Shown here piece after piece: positions 49,801 to 59,514 of a DNA stretch of 64,000 nt. Below the pieces are notes generated by a model. It was not told the DNA's origin. It saw nothing but the letters and a program-made list of their open reading frames with translations, and searched no databases. Numbering within the stretch: the stretch's first letter is position 1; each line of letters starts with the position of its first letter. The stretch is taken from positions 11,446 through 75,445 of the forward strand of contig CABUCL010000006.1 in assembly GCA_902490065.1 (NCBI GenBank), in the 5' to 3' direction. This DNA comes from an uncultured Collinsella sp. Its GTDB lineage: Bacteria; Actinomycetota; Coriobacteriia; Coriobacteriales; Coriobacteriaceae. Made by a program: the position numbers and the translations under genes.

Positions 49801-50095
49801 TCTCAATCTGTAACAGCAGGCGACTCAAAACGGACCCAGATGTTACAGATTGAGACAAACGAACTTGTCCGCCGGCACAATCTCAATCTGTAACACCTGA
49901 CCGCCCAAATTGGGTCTAGCTGTTACAAATCGAGATAAACGGAAAGGCAGGCAGCCAATGTCTCGTTCTGTAACATCTAGCCGCGCAAATCGACTCTTAC
50001 TGTTACAGATTGAGACAAATAGGCAGGCGGGAAAATAACATCTCAATCTGTAACAGCTGGCGACCAAAAACGGACCCAGATGTTACAGATTGAGA
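49801..50095. repeat. Array of four 80-bp units: 15-bp motif in alternating orientation with 25-bp spacers
   Basis: TCTCAATCTGTAACA (or near match) at 49801, 49881, 49961 and 50041; its reverse complement at 49841, 49921, 50001 and 50081. Confidence 0.92.
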
Positions 50096-50143
50096 TTGTT
50101 TTGGAGCAAGCGCGGCGCCGATGGTCTATTCCACATTTAGCTC

Positions 50144-50194
50144 TTGCATAACTGTGCATAGTGTATATATACTGTGCTTACCGGTTATATACAC
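50144..50194 (+). promoter_or_regulatory. Putative promoter and GntR/YtrA operator
   Basis: TTGCAT-N18-TATACT; GTGTATATA-N16-TATATACAC inverted repeat overlapping the -10. Confidence 0.55.
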
Positions 50195-50221
50195 GTGTAG
50201 CCCAACAGCTAAGGAGCCGCT

Positions 50222-50602
50222 GTGGACATCATCCTATCCAATTCGAGCGATAAGCCCATCTACGAACAGATATCCTCGCAGGTCAAAGCTCAAATCCTTT
50301 CGGGCACGCTCACTGCGGGAGCCAAACTCCCCAGCATCCGTGCGCTCGCGAGCGATCTTGGCGTGAGCGTCATCACCACCAAGCGCGCCTACGCCGACCT
50401 AGAGCAACTCGGGTTTATCTGCACCGTGCAGGGCAAGGGCTGCTTTGTCGCCGAGGGCAACCAGGAACTCTTGCGCGAAAACCAGCTCTGCCATATCGAA
50501 GAGCTACTTGTGAAAGCGGCGAGCCAAGCCGAAACCCTGGGCGTCACGCGCGACAAACTGCACGAGATGCTCGACCTGGTAGCCCCCGAAACCATGCAGT
50601 AG
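50222..50602 (+). CDS. GntR (YtrA subfamily) regulator
   Basis: PIYEQI, LPSIRALA, TTKRAY and GKGCFV motifs; short C-terminus; heads an ABC operon. Confidence 0.92.
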   Translation: MDIILSNSSDKPIYEQISSQVKAQILSGTLTAGAKLPSIRALASDLGVSVITTKRAYADLEQLGFICTVQGKGCFVAEGNQELLRENQLCHIEELLVKAASQAETLGVTRDKLHEMLDLVAPETMQ

Positions 50603-50625
50603 CCATCTGCAAGAAAGGCTATACC

Positions 50626-51507
50626 ATGCAAAACTTGCTTGAACTCAAAGGCATCTCACACGCTGTAAGCGACCGCTTTTCGCTGCGCGACGTCACGCTT
50701 GCCGTGGAGCCTGGCCAGATCATCGGCTTTGTTGGTGCCAACGGTGCTGGCAAAACAACGACGATTCGAGCTGCTCTCGGGCTTATAAAGCTCGATGCCG
50801 GCGAAGTGCACCTGTTTGGGCAGCACTGTGGCGCCGACGCGCCCGATGAGTCGCAACGCCATCTACGCTCCCGCGTCGGTCTTGTCCTGGACACGTGCCC
50901 CTTCCCCTCCACGCTCAAGGTGGGCCAGATCGAGTCGCTCGTAGGCCCAGCGTACCCCACGTGGGACCGCGAAACGTTCGCCGGATTCATCAACCGATTT
51001 GGCCTCGATCCCAAGACAAAGGTCAAGGACCTCTCCCGCGGCATGGGCATGAAACTGCAGCTTGCCTGTGCGCTCAGTCACAAGGCCAAGCTGCTCGTTT
51101 TGGACGAAGCCACCGCGGGCCTCGATCCCATGGCACGCGAGGAACTGCTTGATGAGCTGCTTGCCTTTGTCGCCGACGGCCAGCACAGTGTGCTGCTCTC
51201 GAGCCACATTACGTCCGACCTCGATCGCACCGCTGATCGCGTCATCTGCATCGATAATGGCTCGATTATTTTTGACCTGCCGCGCGAGGACATTACCGAC
51301 CGCGCCGGCATCGCCCACTGCACCCAATCGCAGGCTGCCGAGCTTATGGCTTGCGTCGAAGGCGCCCGTGCCGCCCGTCACGCCTACAGCGTGGACGTAC
51401 TCGTACCCAACCGTCGCGAAACGCTCGAGGCCTTTCCCGAGATTCCCTGCGATCGGGCAACCATTGATGACTATCTGCGCCTCATACTGAAAGGGGCTTC
51501 GAAATGA
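50626..51507 (+). CDS. ABC transporter ATP-binding protein (YtrB-like)
   Basis: GANGAGKTT, LSRGM, LDEATAGLDP and SSH motifs. Confidence 0.93.
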   Translation: MQNLLELKGISHAVSDRFSLRDVTLAVEPGQIIGFVGANGAGKTTTIRAALGLIKLDAGEVHLFGQHCGADAPDESQRHLRSRVGLVLDTCPFPSTLKVGQIESLVGPAYPTWDRETFAGFINRFGLDPKTKVKDLSRGMGMKLQLACALSHKAKLLVLDEATAGLDPMAREELLDELLAFVADGQHSVLLSSHITSDLDRTADRVICIDNGSIIFDLPREDITDRAGIAHCTQSQAAELMACVEGARAARHAYSVDVLVPNRRETLEAFPEIPCDRATIDDYLRLILKGASK

Positions 51508-52202
51508 AACGCGCCTTTATGTCCGAACTCGCCATCGTTCGCACGCTCATCCCGAGCATTGCGGGCGTCGGCTTGTTCATCTTCGTTGTGCTGACGCTCG
51601 TCAACGCGTCGGATGGCGATTCCGGTATGAGCGCCGGCGCCTGCGCCGTCAGTGCCATGTCGCCCATCATAGTCATGAACTCACTGGCCGGTTTCGACAA
51701 TCAAAACGGTTGGGAGCGCTACCGGGCAACGCTGCCCTTCTCGCGCAAAGACATCATCCGCGCACGCTACCTGAGCGTTATTGTCTTCTCCGCCGTCATG
51801 GCATGTGCAGCTACGCTTTTGAGCATCGCCTCCATCCCGCTCTTCAACAGCGCGGGCATTCCTTCGACGGGACAGACGGTCTTTGAAATCGCAATCGCCT
51901 CGGCAGCATCGATGCTCATCTCCCTCATGATGGTGTTTTTGGCGCAGCCGCTGTTCTTTCGATTTGGTCACATGGAGGCGCTGCGCCTATCCGTTGGCCT
52001 GTTTGCCCTGCTTGGTTGCGGCACCATGGCCACGCTGAGCTCCTCCAACCCCATCAGCAACTGGCTCATGTCGATTGCCGGAGCGAATCCCGATCCTGCC
52101 GTTCTTGGCTGCCTGTGCGCAGGCATCGCCGCACTTACCCTCGCGCTATGTGCAATCAGCTGCGCAGTCAGCACCAAGGTCTATCGGGCACGCGACCTGT
52201 AA
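51504..52202 (+). CDS. ABC-2 type permease
   Basis: Six TMs; TLPFSRKDIIRARY motif; 4-nt overlap with the ATPase gene. Confidence 0.85.
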   Translation: MKRAFMSELAIVRTLIPSIAGVGLFIFVVLTLVNASDGDSGMSAGACAVSAMSPIIVMNSLAGFDNQNGWERYRATLPFSRKDIIRARYLSVIVFSAVMACAATLLSIASIPLFNSAGIPSTGQTVFEIAIASAASMLISLMMVFLAQPLFFRFGHMEALRLSVGLFALLGCGTMATLSSSNPISNWLMSIAGANPDPAVLGCLCAGIAALTLALCAISCAVSTKVYRARDL

Positions 52203-52473
52203 TCGACAGCCAAAGGGCTTGGGCTGCACGCCACCTCATTTACTAGATAAGACGAAGCAACAACAACGCCGCCGCCCTTCGAAGCATGCCGTTTAGATCT
52301 TGGAAACCAAAGAGAAGTCGACAGCATATCGACAATTCGAGCCTTCACCAAATGGCTCCCCGGAACATAACCCCCGTCTCGCCGCGGCCATATCAAACCT
52401 TCATGGTGGGGCGGTATCCTCATGTCCATAAAACTCGCAGGATAAACCCATTATCCAAGGAGGTACCGCACCC

Positions 52474-53349
52474 GTGTCGTGGGTTGTCGCAGCATTTGCG
52501 TCAGCATTCTTTGCCGGCATCACATCCATCTTGGCCAAATGCGGCATCAAGCAGACCGACTCCGATGTCGCGACGACCATTCGCACCTGCGTGGTGCTCG
52601 TTTTCGCCTGGGCAATGGCGGGCATTTCTGGATCCATTGGAACCATCGGCAGCATCGAACCCAGATCCTGGCTCTTTCTCGTCCTCTCGGGACTCGCTAC
52701 CGGTGCTTCGTGGATCTGTTACTTTAAGGCGTTGAGCATCGAAAATGTCAATAAGGTCGTACCGGTCGACAAGATGAGCACCGTGCTCGCCGCACTGGTC
52801 GCCATCGCGCTTTTTGACGAGACGAGCAACCTTGCGGTTAAGCTCGTGGGAACCGCTGTCATCACCCTCGGCACGTTTTTAATGATCGAGAAGAAGCAGT
52901 CCGCCGAACCCGAGCAGCAGCAAGACCGAACCTGGCTCGCTTACGCCCTCGGCGCCGCCGTGTTCGCGGCACTCACCTCCGTCCTCGCCAAGATCGGCAT
53001 CGAAGGCGTTGAGTCAAACCTGGCCACGGCAATCCGCACCTGCGTGGTACTGGTTATGGCATGCGCAATCGTGGCAGCCAAGGGAAAACTGGAGCAGGTC
53101 GCGCACGTTGACCGGCGCGAACTCACATTTCTCGCAACATCGGGCATCGCGACTGGAGCATCGTGGCTGCTCTATTACTATGCCATCGCTGCAGGCCAGG
53201 TGAGTGTCGTGGTGCAGATCGACAAACTATCGATTGTCGTATCGATGCTATTTGCGCGCCTGGCATTCAACGAAAAACTCTCCCGCCGCAGCGCCATCGG
53301 TCTCGCCCTCATCGTACTGGGCACCGCCGCGCTTGCAATTTGGAAGTAG
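52474..53349 (+). CDS. EamA-family transporter (two repeats)
   Basis: Duplicated LAKxG...ATxIRT...SGxATGASW...DKxS units. Confidence 0.88.
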   Translation: MSWVVAAFASAFFAGITSILAKCGIKQTDSDVATTIRTCVVLVFAWAMAGISGSIGTIGSIEPRSWLFLVLSGLATGASWICYFKALSIENVNKVVPVDKMSTVLAALVAIALFDETSNLAVKLVGTAVITLGTFLMIEKKQSAEPEQQQDRTWLAYALGAAVFAALTSVLAKIGIEGVESNLATAIRTCVVLVMACAIVAAKGKLEQVAHVDRRELTFLATSGIATGASWLLYYYAIAAGQVSVVVQIDKLSIVVSMLFARLAFNEKLSRRSAIGLALIVLGTAALAIWK

Positions 53350-53443
53350 CGCCGATACCGAACGAAATCCAGTCCACCCGCAAATCCGTGACACAGCGCC
53401 CGCACCGGACTTGAGATGTTTGTACTGACCGCGCGCTGCCGTG

Positions 53444-54748
53444 CTACTTGCGCAGCGGCTTGGGCAGCGGAATGCCGGCGGCGATGGCTGCGGCAATGAT
53501 CATGCAGACGATGCCCTTGAGCGGGAAGCACATGAGCAGCAGGCCCACGACCATGACGGGCTGGCGCATGACGGCGCCCATCGTCGATGCCGTGCAGACG
53601 GCGACGCAAAAGACCGGATCTGCGCCGGTGAGGATGGCAAGGCCATAGCCCAGGCTTACGCCCGAGAAGATAACCGGGAAGAAGTGGCCGCCGCGCCAGC
53701 CAAGGCTGATGAGGGCGGGCGTCAGCATGGCCTTAACAAGACCGGTCGCGATAAGCACGCCGGCAGGAATGGTCAGATAGGTTTCCATGAGCACGTCGGC
53801 CTGGGTCTCGCCAGCAAACATGGTGTAGGGCAGGACCGTGCCGCAGATAGCAAGCGCCAAACCGGCTAGCATGGCCTTGACGACAGGACGCTCCCCTATT
53901 GCATGTGACAGTGCCTCGCTCGCATGCTCGGAGACAAAGTACAGCCAACCGCATACGGTGCCGACCAACGCCAGCGGAATGAGCCAGACAAGTTCCAGAT
54001 TGCCCACCTCGGCGGACTCGAACCTGGGCATGCCCATGCCGCCGCCCACAAGCTGGCCAAGCAGCAGGTAGGTGCCCAGACCGCCGGCAATCGCGATGCC
54101 GTAGACCACCGTCTTTTGCGCCTTGGGCAACTTGATGGTGATCTCGCCGGACGCGGACTCATCGTCGGCGTCTTCGCCCTGGCCATCGGCGCTACCGGCA
54201 AGCGGTGCCACAAAGCCAAAGACGGGCGCGGTAAAGAGCGCCGTCAGGGCAGCCTGGGTACCCAGCAGCGTAAGCTCCCTAAACTCGGCGCCAAAGCGAC
54301 GCATGCGGTCGCCGACCCAGCTGCACAGACCAGCGATAACGCCGGTCAGGCCGGCCTCCGGTCCAATGCTTCCGCCAAACAGCAGCGGCAGCAATGCCGC
54401 GAGCGAAAGCTTGCCCAGTTTGTCGTACGGGTAGCGCCCGTCTTGCTTAACCTTAGCCATCACCTGGTTGAGGTCATCGGTCTTGGTGCCTGTCATCTTT
54501 TCGTACAGACCGATTAACAGGCCGCCCAGCAGGCAGACGAAAAACGGGTACGGCAAAAAGCCAAACGGGCCGCTGGCGAGTTCGGGCGACGCCGCGCCCA
54601 GCATGTGGGGGATCTCGGTCCACAGATAGTCGATACCGTGCTCCATCGCAAAAAAGAACAGCCAGACCGCGGCACCTGCGAACGCACCGGTCACGGCAAC
54701 GCTAACTAAAAACAGCGCGCGGTTTGTGGGTTTGGCAAGGTTGTCCAT
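53444..54748 (-). CDS. ClC-family chloride channel/transporter
   Basis: GGSIGPEAG and GGHFFP ClC signatures. Confidence 0.88.
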   Translation of the reverse strand: MDNLAKPTNRALFLVSVAVTGAFAGAAVWLFFFAMEHGIDYLWTEIPHMLGAASPELASGPFGFLPYPFFVCLLGGLLIGLYEKMTGTKTDDLNQVMAKVKQDGRYPYDKLGKLSLAALLPLLFGGSIGPEAGLTGVIAGLCSWVGDRMRRFGAEFRELTLLGTQAALTALFTAPVFGFVAPLAGSADGQGEDADDESASGEITIKLPKAQKTVVYGIAIAGGLGTYLLLGQLVGGGMGMPRFESAEVGNLELVWLIPLALVGTVCGWLYFVSEHASEALSHAIGERPVVKAMLAGLALAICGTVLPYTMFAGETQADVLMETYLTIPAGVLIATGLVKAMLTPALISLGWRGGHFFPVIFSGVSLGYGLAILTGADPVFCVAVCTASTMGAVMRQPVMVVGLLLMCFPLKGIVCMIIAAAIAAGIPLPKPLRK

Positions 54749-54873
54749 CGGGTCCTCCCGCGGTCAAAGTCGACATAATTACGTTTTATTGTAGAGCGAG
54801 CGTTGCCCAGACAAGCCAACCATCTGCGCCACAAACGGCACCATTGGGAGTCATAGTGGGGCAGGCTCAAGAC

Positions 54874-55407
54874 TTATCCGTTGATAATCGAGACAATCTC
54901 GCGCAAATCGTCGGCAAAGTAGATGCCTTGCTGGCGCCTCGGGCTCGAAAGCCCCTTATCAATCATGTGCCCGAGCAGCGCCTTGAGGTCGTTGTAGTAA
55001 CCGTCAAGGTTATACAGGATGCACGGAGCACTCAGGTGCCCCAACGACACCGCGGACATGACCTCGGCAATCTCCTCGAGCGTGCCCGTGCCGCCCGGAA
55101 ATGCGATGAACGCATCACCGAGCTCGATCATCTTGTCCTTACGCTCGGCCATATCGCTCGTCACGATGAGGTCATCGATGCCGTCGTGCTGAAACTCGGC
55201 CTCTATAAAAAAGCTCGGCTCAACACCCGTCACGTGTCCACCTGCCTCGAGTACGCTATCGGCGAGCGCGCCCATCAGGCCCGATTTGGACCCGCCGTAT
55301 ACCAGCGCGTGCCCGTTGGAGCCAATCCAGTTGCCCAGCTCTTGCACCGCAGGCAGAAATGCTGGGTCGTTACCAACGCTGGCGCCCAGGTATACCGTGA
55401 TATTCAT
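54874..55407 (-). CDS. LOG-family nucleotide phosphoribohydrolase (TIGR00730)
   Basis: LVYGG..GLMG, MAERK and PGGTGTLEE motifs. Confidence 0.92.
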   Translation of the reverse strand: MNITVYLGASVGNDPAFLPAVQELGNWIGSNGHALVYGGSKSGLMGALADSVLEAGGHVTGVEPSFFIEAEFQHDGIDDLIVTSDMAERKDKMIELGDAFIAFPGGTGTLEEIAEVMSAVSLGHLSAPCILYNLDGYYNDLKALLGHMIDKGLSSPRRQQGIYFADDLREIVSIING

Positions 55408-55443
55408 ATTCAGTCCCCCTCGTCATGACGCGCAGCGCCCGTT

Positions 55444-55869
55444 CTAGCGCTGGCGTCGACGATACTCGCGCACACGACGCGAAAGATCGGCGAGCTCGTC
55501 GCGATCGAGCTCTTCCAAATGCTCCAGATCGTCCATAAAGCGCGCCATGGTGTCCTTTTGGCGCATCTTGATGAGCGTATTGCAGTAGTTCACCGCCACG
55601 CCCGTGAGCATGGCAATGTAGAAGATGCTGATAACGCTCAGGACAACGGTAATCGCGCGGGCGACCGGCGTTTCGGCCGGGATATCGCCAAAGCCGATGG
55701 TCGAGACCGTCTCAAAGCTAAACCAGAGACCATCGCCAAACGTAAGGGTCGTGGGCTCAGACAACCAGACGGCCGTCGAGCACAGCAGATAGAAGATGAG
55801 GAACAGGCCCGTGATACGCACGAAACCGGCCTGGCGCAAAACATCAGCAAGCGTCCTGAGCTTTTTCAT
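55444..55869 (-). CDS. Two-TM potassium channel pore protein
   Basis: TVSTIGFGD selectivity filter flanked by TM helices. Confidence 0.88.
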   Translation of the reverse strand: MKKLRTLADVLRQAGFVRITGLFLIFYLLCSTAVWLSEPTTLTFGDGLWFSFETVSTIGFGDIPAETPVARAITVVLSVISIFYIAMLTGVAVNYCNTLIKMRQKDTMARFMDDLEHLEELDRDELADLSRRVREYRRRQR

Positions 55870-55938
55870 CGCGACCCCTTTTCTCAGACGTCCAATCACA
55901 TTCGCTCGGTATTGTCCCACGCCTCTCCCGCAAACGAA

Positions 55939-56023
55939 ACTAGTCATTGGGGACGTTCTTAAATGACTAGTCAAACAAGAACGTCCCCAATGACTAGTCG
56001 TTTAAGAACGTCCCCAATGACTA
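55939..56023. repeat. 27-bp GACTAGTC-junction repeat cluster (3 units)
   Basis: Units at 55941 (forward), 55968 and 55995 (inverted). Confidence 0.85.
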
Positions 56024-56086
56024 CCAGCTGCCGCCTGGGCAGGCTGGGCTGGTATCCTTATGCGGTAATGTCTCGATTCGTTAGGA

Positions 56087-58897
56087 TTGCATGTGAGAGC
56101 TGCCACTGTCCTTCGTTCAGTTATATGTCGCGCCCTGGCCATTGTGCTCGCCGCGCTTGCCGTGCTGAGTTCTATCGCGCCTGTCCAGGCTTTTGCCGCT
56201 GACTCTAGCCAGCCAGTCAAGACGGTCCGCGTTGGTTGGCTCGTCAACAACGAGGGCTTCCAGGACGGCACCCCCGGCGAGCGTCTATCGGGATGGGGTT
56301 ACGAGTACCTCCAGACCCTGTCGTACTACACGCCCGGCTGGCGGTACGAATACGTCTCCGGCACCTTCACCGAGCTTATGGACATGCTCGAGGCAGGCGA
56401 AATCGACCTCATGCCCAACATCTCCTACTCCGAGGAACGCACCCAAAAGCTGCTCTTTTCCTCGAACCCCGAGGGCACCGAGCGCTACTACATCTACGCC
56501 AAGCCCGATCGCGACGACCTGGCCAAGGGTGACCTCCAAGCGCTCCAGGGCCTTACCATCGGTTGCAACTCCGGTGTTATGCAAACCTTCGTTGGCCAGC
56601 AGTGGCTCGCCAACGAAGGAATCACCTGCACATACAGGGAGTATGACGGAGGCTCCATGCTCTTTGACGCACTCGCAAACGACGAAGTCGACGCCGTCAT
56701 CATGAACGACACCATCTCGTCACCCGATGCGTCGCCCATGTTCTACGTTGGCTCGAGTGACTACTATTTTGCCGTCCCCAAAAGCCGCCCCGACATGATG
56801 AACGATATCAATGCCGCCATGACGGCAATCGCCCGCGTCAACCCACGTTATAACGACGAGGTCAAGGCGAATTACTCGGCCCAAAACAGCGGCTCATCAT
56901 CGCTCACCGGCCCCGAGCGCTCCTGGCTCAAAGCAAACGACAACACCATCACGATCGGCTATCTTAAAAACAAACTCCCCTACTGCACGCAAAATGACGA
57001 CGGCGAAATGGAAGGGTCGCTCGCCTCGCTTGCAACGACGTTGCACGACAAGTTTGGCATTACGGTTGCAACAGTAGCGTTCTCGAACAACGAGCAAATG
57101 ACCAAAGCCCTTTCCACAGGGACCATCGATGTCGCCCTACCGTTGTTTCGCGACTACTGGCTTGCCGAGCAGGCAGGGGTCATCCTGTCAAACCCGATGG
57201 GAACGGTTTCCCTAGCCGCCATTCACAGCAGCAGCAACCTGAACAGTGACCTTAAGAACATCGCTTGCACAGCAGACGCGATCGTCAACCGTTTTGAGCT
57301 CGAAAACCTATTCCCCGACGCAAAGGTAACCGAGCATCCGAATGACAACGAGGCACGCGAAGCCCTCAATAAGGGGGAGGCAAGTTGCATCATTGTCCCC
57401 AGCACGCGCTTGAAAACCATCCGCGACACCTACGATATCGAGGATTTCCAAACACAGGAGCTCACCGACACGGCACAGCTATCGTGTTTGATTTCGCGCG
57501 GCAAGCCCGTGCTGTTGGGAATCATTAATAAGGGCATCGTCAATGCTGGCGAATCGCTCTCTGCAAGCAGTTATTCCCCCACATCGTACTCGGCGCAAGA
57601 ATCGGATGCGTTTCGACTTCTCTACCGCAACCGCATCGTCATTGCGGCAGTCGTCATCTGCATTTTGCTCACCGGCATCGTCATCCTTGTCTGGTCGCTT
57701 CACCGCGCGCAGAAAGAACAGCAGAAAGCCGATGCTGCCAACGCCGCTAAGACGGCATTCCTCACGCGCATGAGCCACGACATCCGAACGCCGCTCAACG
57801 GTATCCTGGGCCTTATCGAGATCGAGGAATTGAAGGAAGGCGATATCCAGGTCGCCCGCGAGAGCCGTGCCAAGGCGCGCGTTGCCGCCAATCACCTGCT
57901 CTCGCTGATCAACGACATCCTCGAGATGGGCAAAATCGAAGACCGCAAGCTAACACTGGAGCATACGCCTTTTAACCTCAAAGAGCTCTGTGATAATACG
58001 CTGGTGCTGTGCAAGCTCCGCGCGTCCAGTAACGGCATCACCATGCAGGACAATAGTCTGCCGTACGCCACGGGGCCATACATGATCGGCAGTCCCACCC
58101 ATATCCGACAGATCATGATCAACCTATTAGACAACAGCATTAAGTACAACAAGCACGGCGGCTCCGTCACCTTTAGCTCAAAGACCAAGCCACTCGATAA
58201 CGGGCGCGCGCTCTTTTGCTTTAGCGTTTCGGATACCGGCATTGGCATGACTCCCAAGTTTTTAAAGCATATCTATGAGCCGTTTGCCCAAGAAGGTGAC
58301 GATGCGCGCAGCAAGTTCCAAGGAACCGGCATGGGCATGCCAATCGTCAAGTCGCTTATTGAACTGATGGGCGGTACGATTGAGATTTCGAGTGAGGTTG
58401 GCGTGGGGAGTACGTTCAACGTCCAGATTCCGCTCGATATCGACAAGAACCCTCAGGCGCGGGCAGATACGGTCGAGAGGGTGCTCGACTGCTCGCTCGC
58501 CGACATGAACGTGTTGCTCGCCGAAGACAACGAATTGAATGCCGAGATTGCCCAGACGCTGCTAGAATCCGAGGGCGTCGTGGTCACCTGCGCCGCCAAT
58601 GGCAACGAAGTCGTCGATCTGTACCTGTCACATCCCGCCGGCAGCTTCGATGCGATTCTGATGGACATCATGATGCCGGGCATGGACGGCTATGAGGCAA
58701 CCCGCGCGATTCGTCTGAGCGAGAAGGTCGATGCAGCCGATATCCCCATCATCGCGCTCACCGCCAACGCCTTTGCCGAGGACGCCAAGGCGGCACACGA
58801 TGCCGGCATGAACGCCCATCTGTCCAAACCGCTCGACTTTAACAAGCTCAAAAACATACTCGCCCGCATCAAGAAAAACGGATCCGTTTCGCTATAG
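56087..58897 (+). CDS. Hybrid sensor histidine kinase/response regulator with extracellular solute-binding domains
   Basis: Signal/TM segment, SBP-like domains, MSHDIRTPLNG H-box, DTGIGM, GTGMG and receiver LLAEDN...LMDIMMP...KP. Start codon uncertain. Confidence 0.92.
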   Translation: MHVRAATVLRSVICRALAIVLAALAVLSSIAPVQAFAADSSQPVKTVRVGWLVNNEGFQDGTPGERLSGWGYEYLQTLSYYTPGWRYEYVSGTFTELMDMLEAGEIDLMPNISYSEERTQKLLFSSNPEGTERYYIYAKPDRDDLAKGDLQALQGLTIGCNSGVMQTFVGQQWLANEGITCTYREYDGGSMLFDALANDEVDAVIMNDTISSPDASPMFYVGSSDYYFAVPKSRPDMMNDINAAMTAIARVNPRYNDEVKANYSAQNSGSSSLTGPERSWLKANDNTITIGYLKNKLPYCTQNDDGEMEGSLASLATTLHDKFGITVATVAFSNNEQMTKALSTGTIDVALPLFRDYWLAEQAGVILSNPMGTVSLAAIHSSSNLNSDLKNIACTADAIVNRFELENLFPDAKVTEHPNDNEAREALNKGEASCIIVPSTRLKTIRDTYDIEDFQTQELTDTAQLSCLISRGKPVLLGIINKGIVNAGESLSASSYSPTSYSAQESDAFRLLYRNRIVIAAVVICILLTGIVILVWSLHRAQKEQQKADAANAAKTAFLTRMSHDIRTPLNGILGLIEIEELKEGDIQVARESRAKARVAANHLLSLINDILEMGKIEDRKLTLEHTPFNLKELCDNTLVLCKLRASSNGITMQDNSLPYATGPYMIGSPTHIRQIMINLLDNSIKYNKHGGSVTFSSKTKPLDNGRALFCFSVSDTGIGMTPKFLKHIYEPFAQEGDDARSKFQGTGMGMPIVKSLIELMGGTIEISSEVGVGSTFNVQIPLDIDKNPQARADTVERVLDCSLADMNVLLAEDNELNAEIAQTLLESEGVVVTCAANGNEVVDLYLSHPAGSFDAILMDIMMPGMDGYEATRAIRLSEKVDAADIPIIALTANAFAEDAKAAHDAGMNAHLSKPLDFNKLKNILARIKKNGSVSL

Positions 58898-58939
58898 TTT
58901 GTGCTCAACCACCACGCACGACCAGAAAGGAAACCAACG

Positions 58940-59419
58940 ATGTTTAGGCCCTTACGTCGAAAGAAACGCGCCATCACTGACGAGGAAGCGCGCGAACTGC
59001 TCGCTACCTGCAAGCGCGGCGTCTTTGCCGTCAACGGCGACGATGGCTACCCGTACGCCATTCCCGTCAACTACTTCTTTGACGCCGAGCACGACAAGAT
59101 TTATTTCCATGGCGCCAAGGCTGGCCACAAGGTCGACGCACTCAAGCGCGATGACAAGGTCTGCTTTACCGTTTACGGCAACGAGTGGTACAAGGACGGT
59201 GACTGGGCTCCCTACGTTATGAGTACCGTAGTCTTTGGCCGTTGTCGCCTGGCGAATGACACCCCCGCGTTTATCGAGGATAAAGTTCGCCAGCTCGCGC
59301 TTAAGTACTACCCTTCTGCCGAAGAAGTCGAAGAGGAAATCGCCAAGGACATTAAGGGCGTCCAGCTCTACGAGATTACGATTGAGCATCTTTGCGGCAA
59401 GCAGATTCAAGAAAAATAA
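58940..59419 (+). CDS. Pyridoxamine 5'-phosphate oxidase-like / NimA-family protein
   Basis: MFRPLRRKKR, GYPYAIPVNY, IYFHGAKAGHK, VCFTV and STVVFG motifs. Confidence 0.85.
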   Translation: MFRPLRRKKRAITDEEARELLATCKRGVFAVNGDDGYPYAIPVNYFFDAEHDKIYFHGAKAGHKVDALKRDDKVCFTVYGNEWYKDGDWAPYVMSTVVFGRCRLANDTPAFIEDKVRQLALKYYPSAEEVEEEIAKDIKGVQLYEITIEHLCGKQIQEK

Positions 59420-59514
59420 ACCTCCGCAGCAGGTCTGCGCCCAATGGTTACAGACGTTTTACCATGCGGGACCTTCCAGCCGGCTTGGCAGAAGGCCCCG
59501 CATGCAGTGCTCAC

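Noticed and set aside
49801..50095. Canonical CRISPR array
   Set aside because: Repeats are only 15 bp and alternate in orientation, two spacers are near-duplicates, and no cas genes are in the window. Kept as an unexplained array instead.
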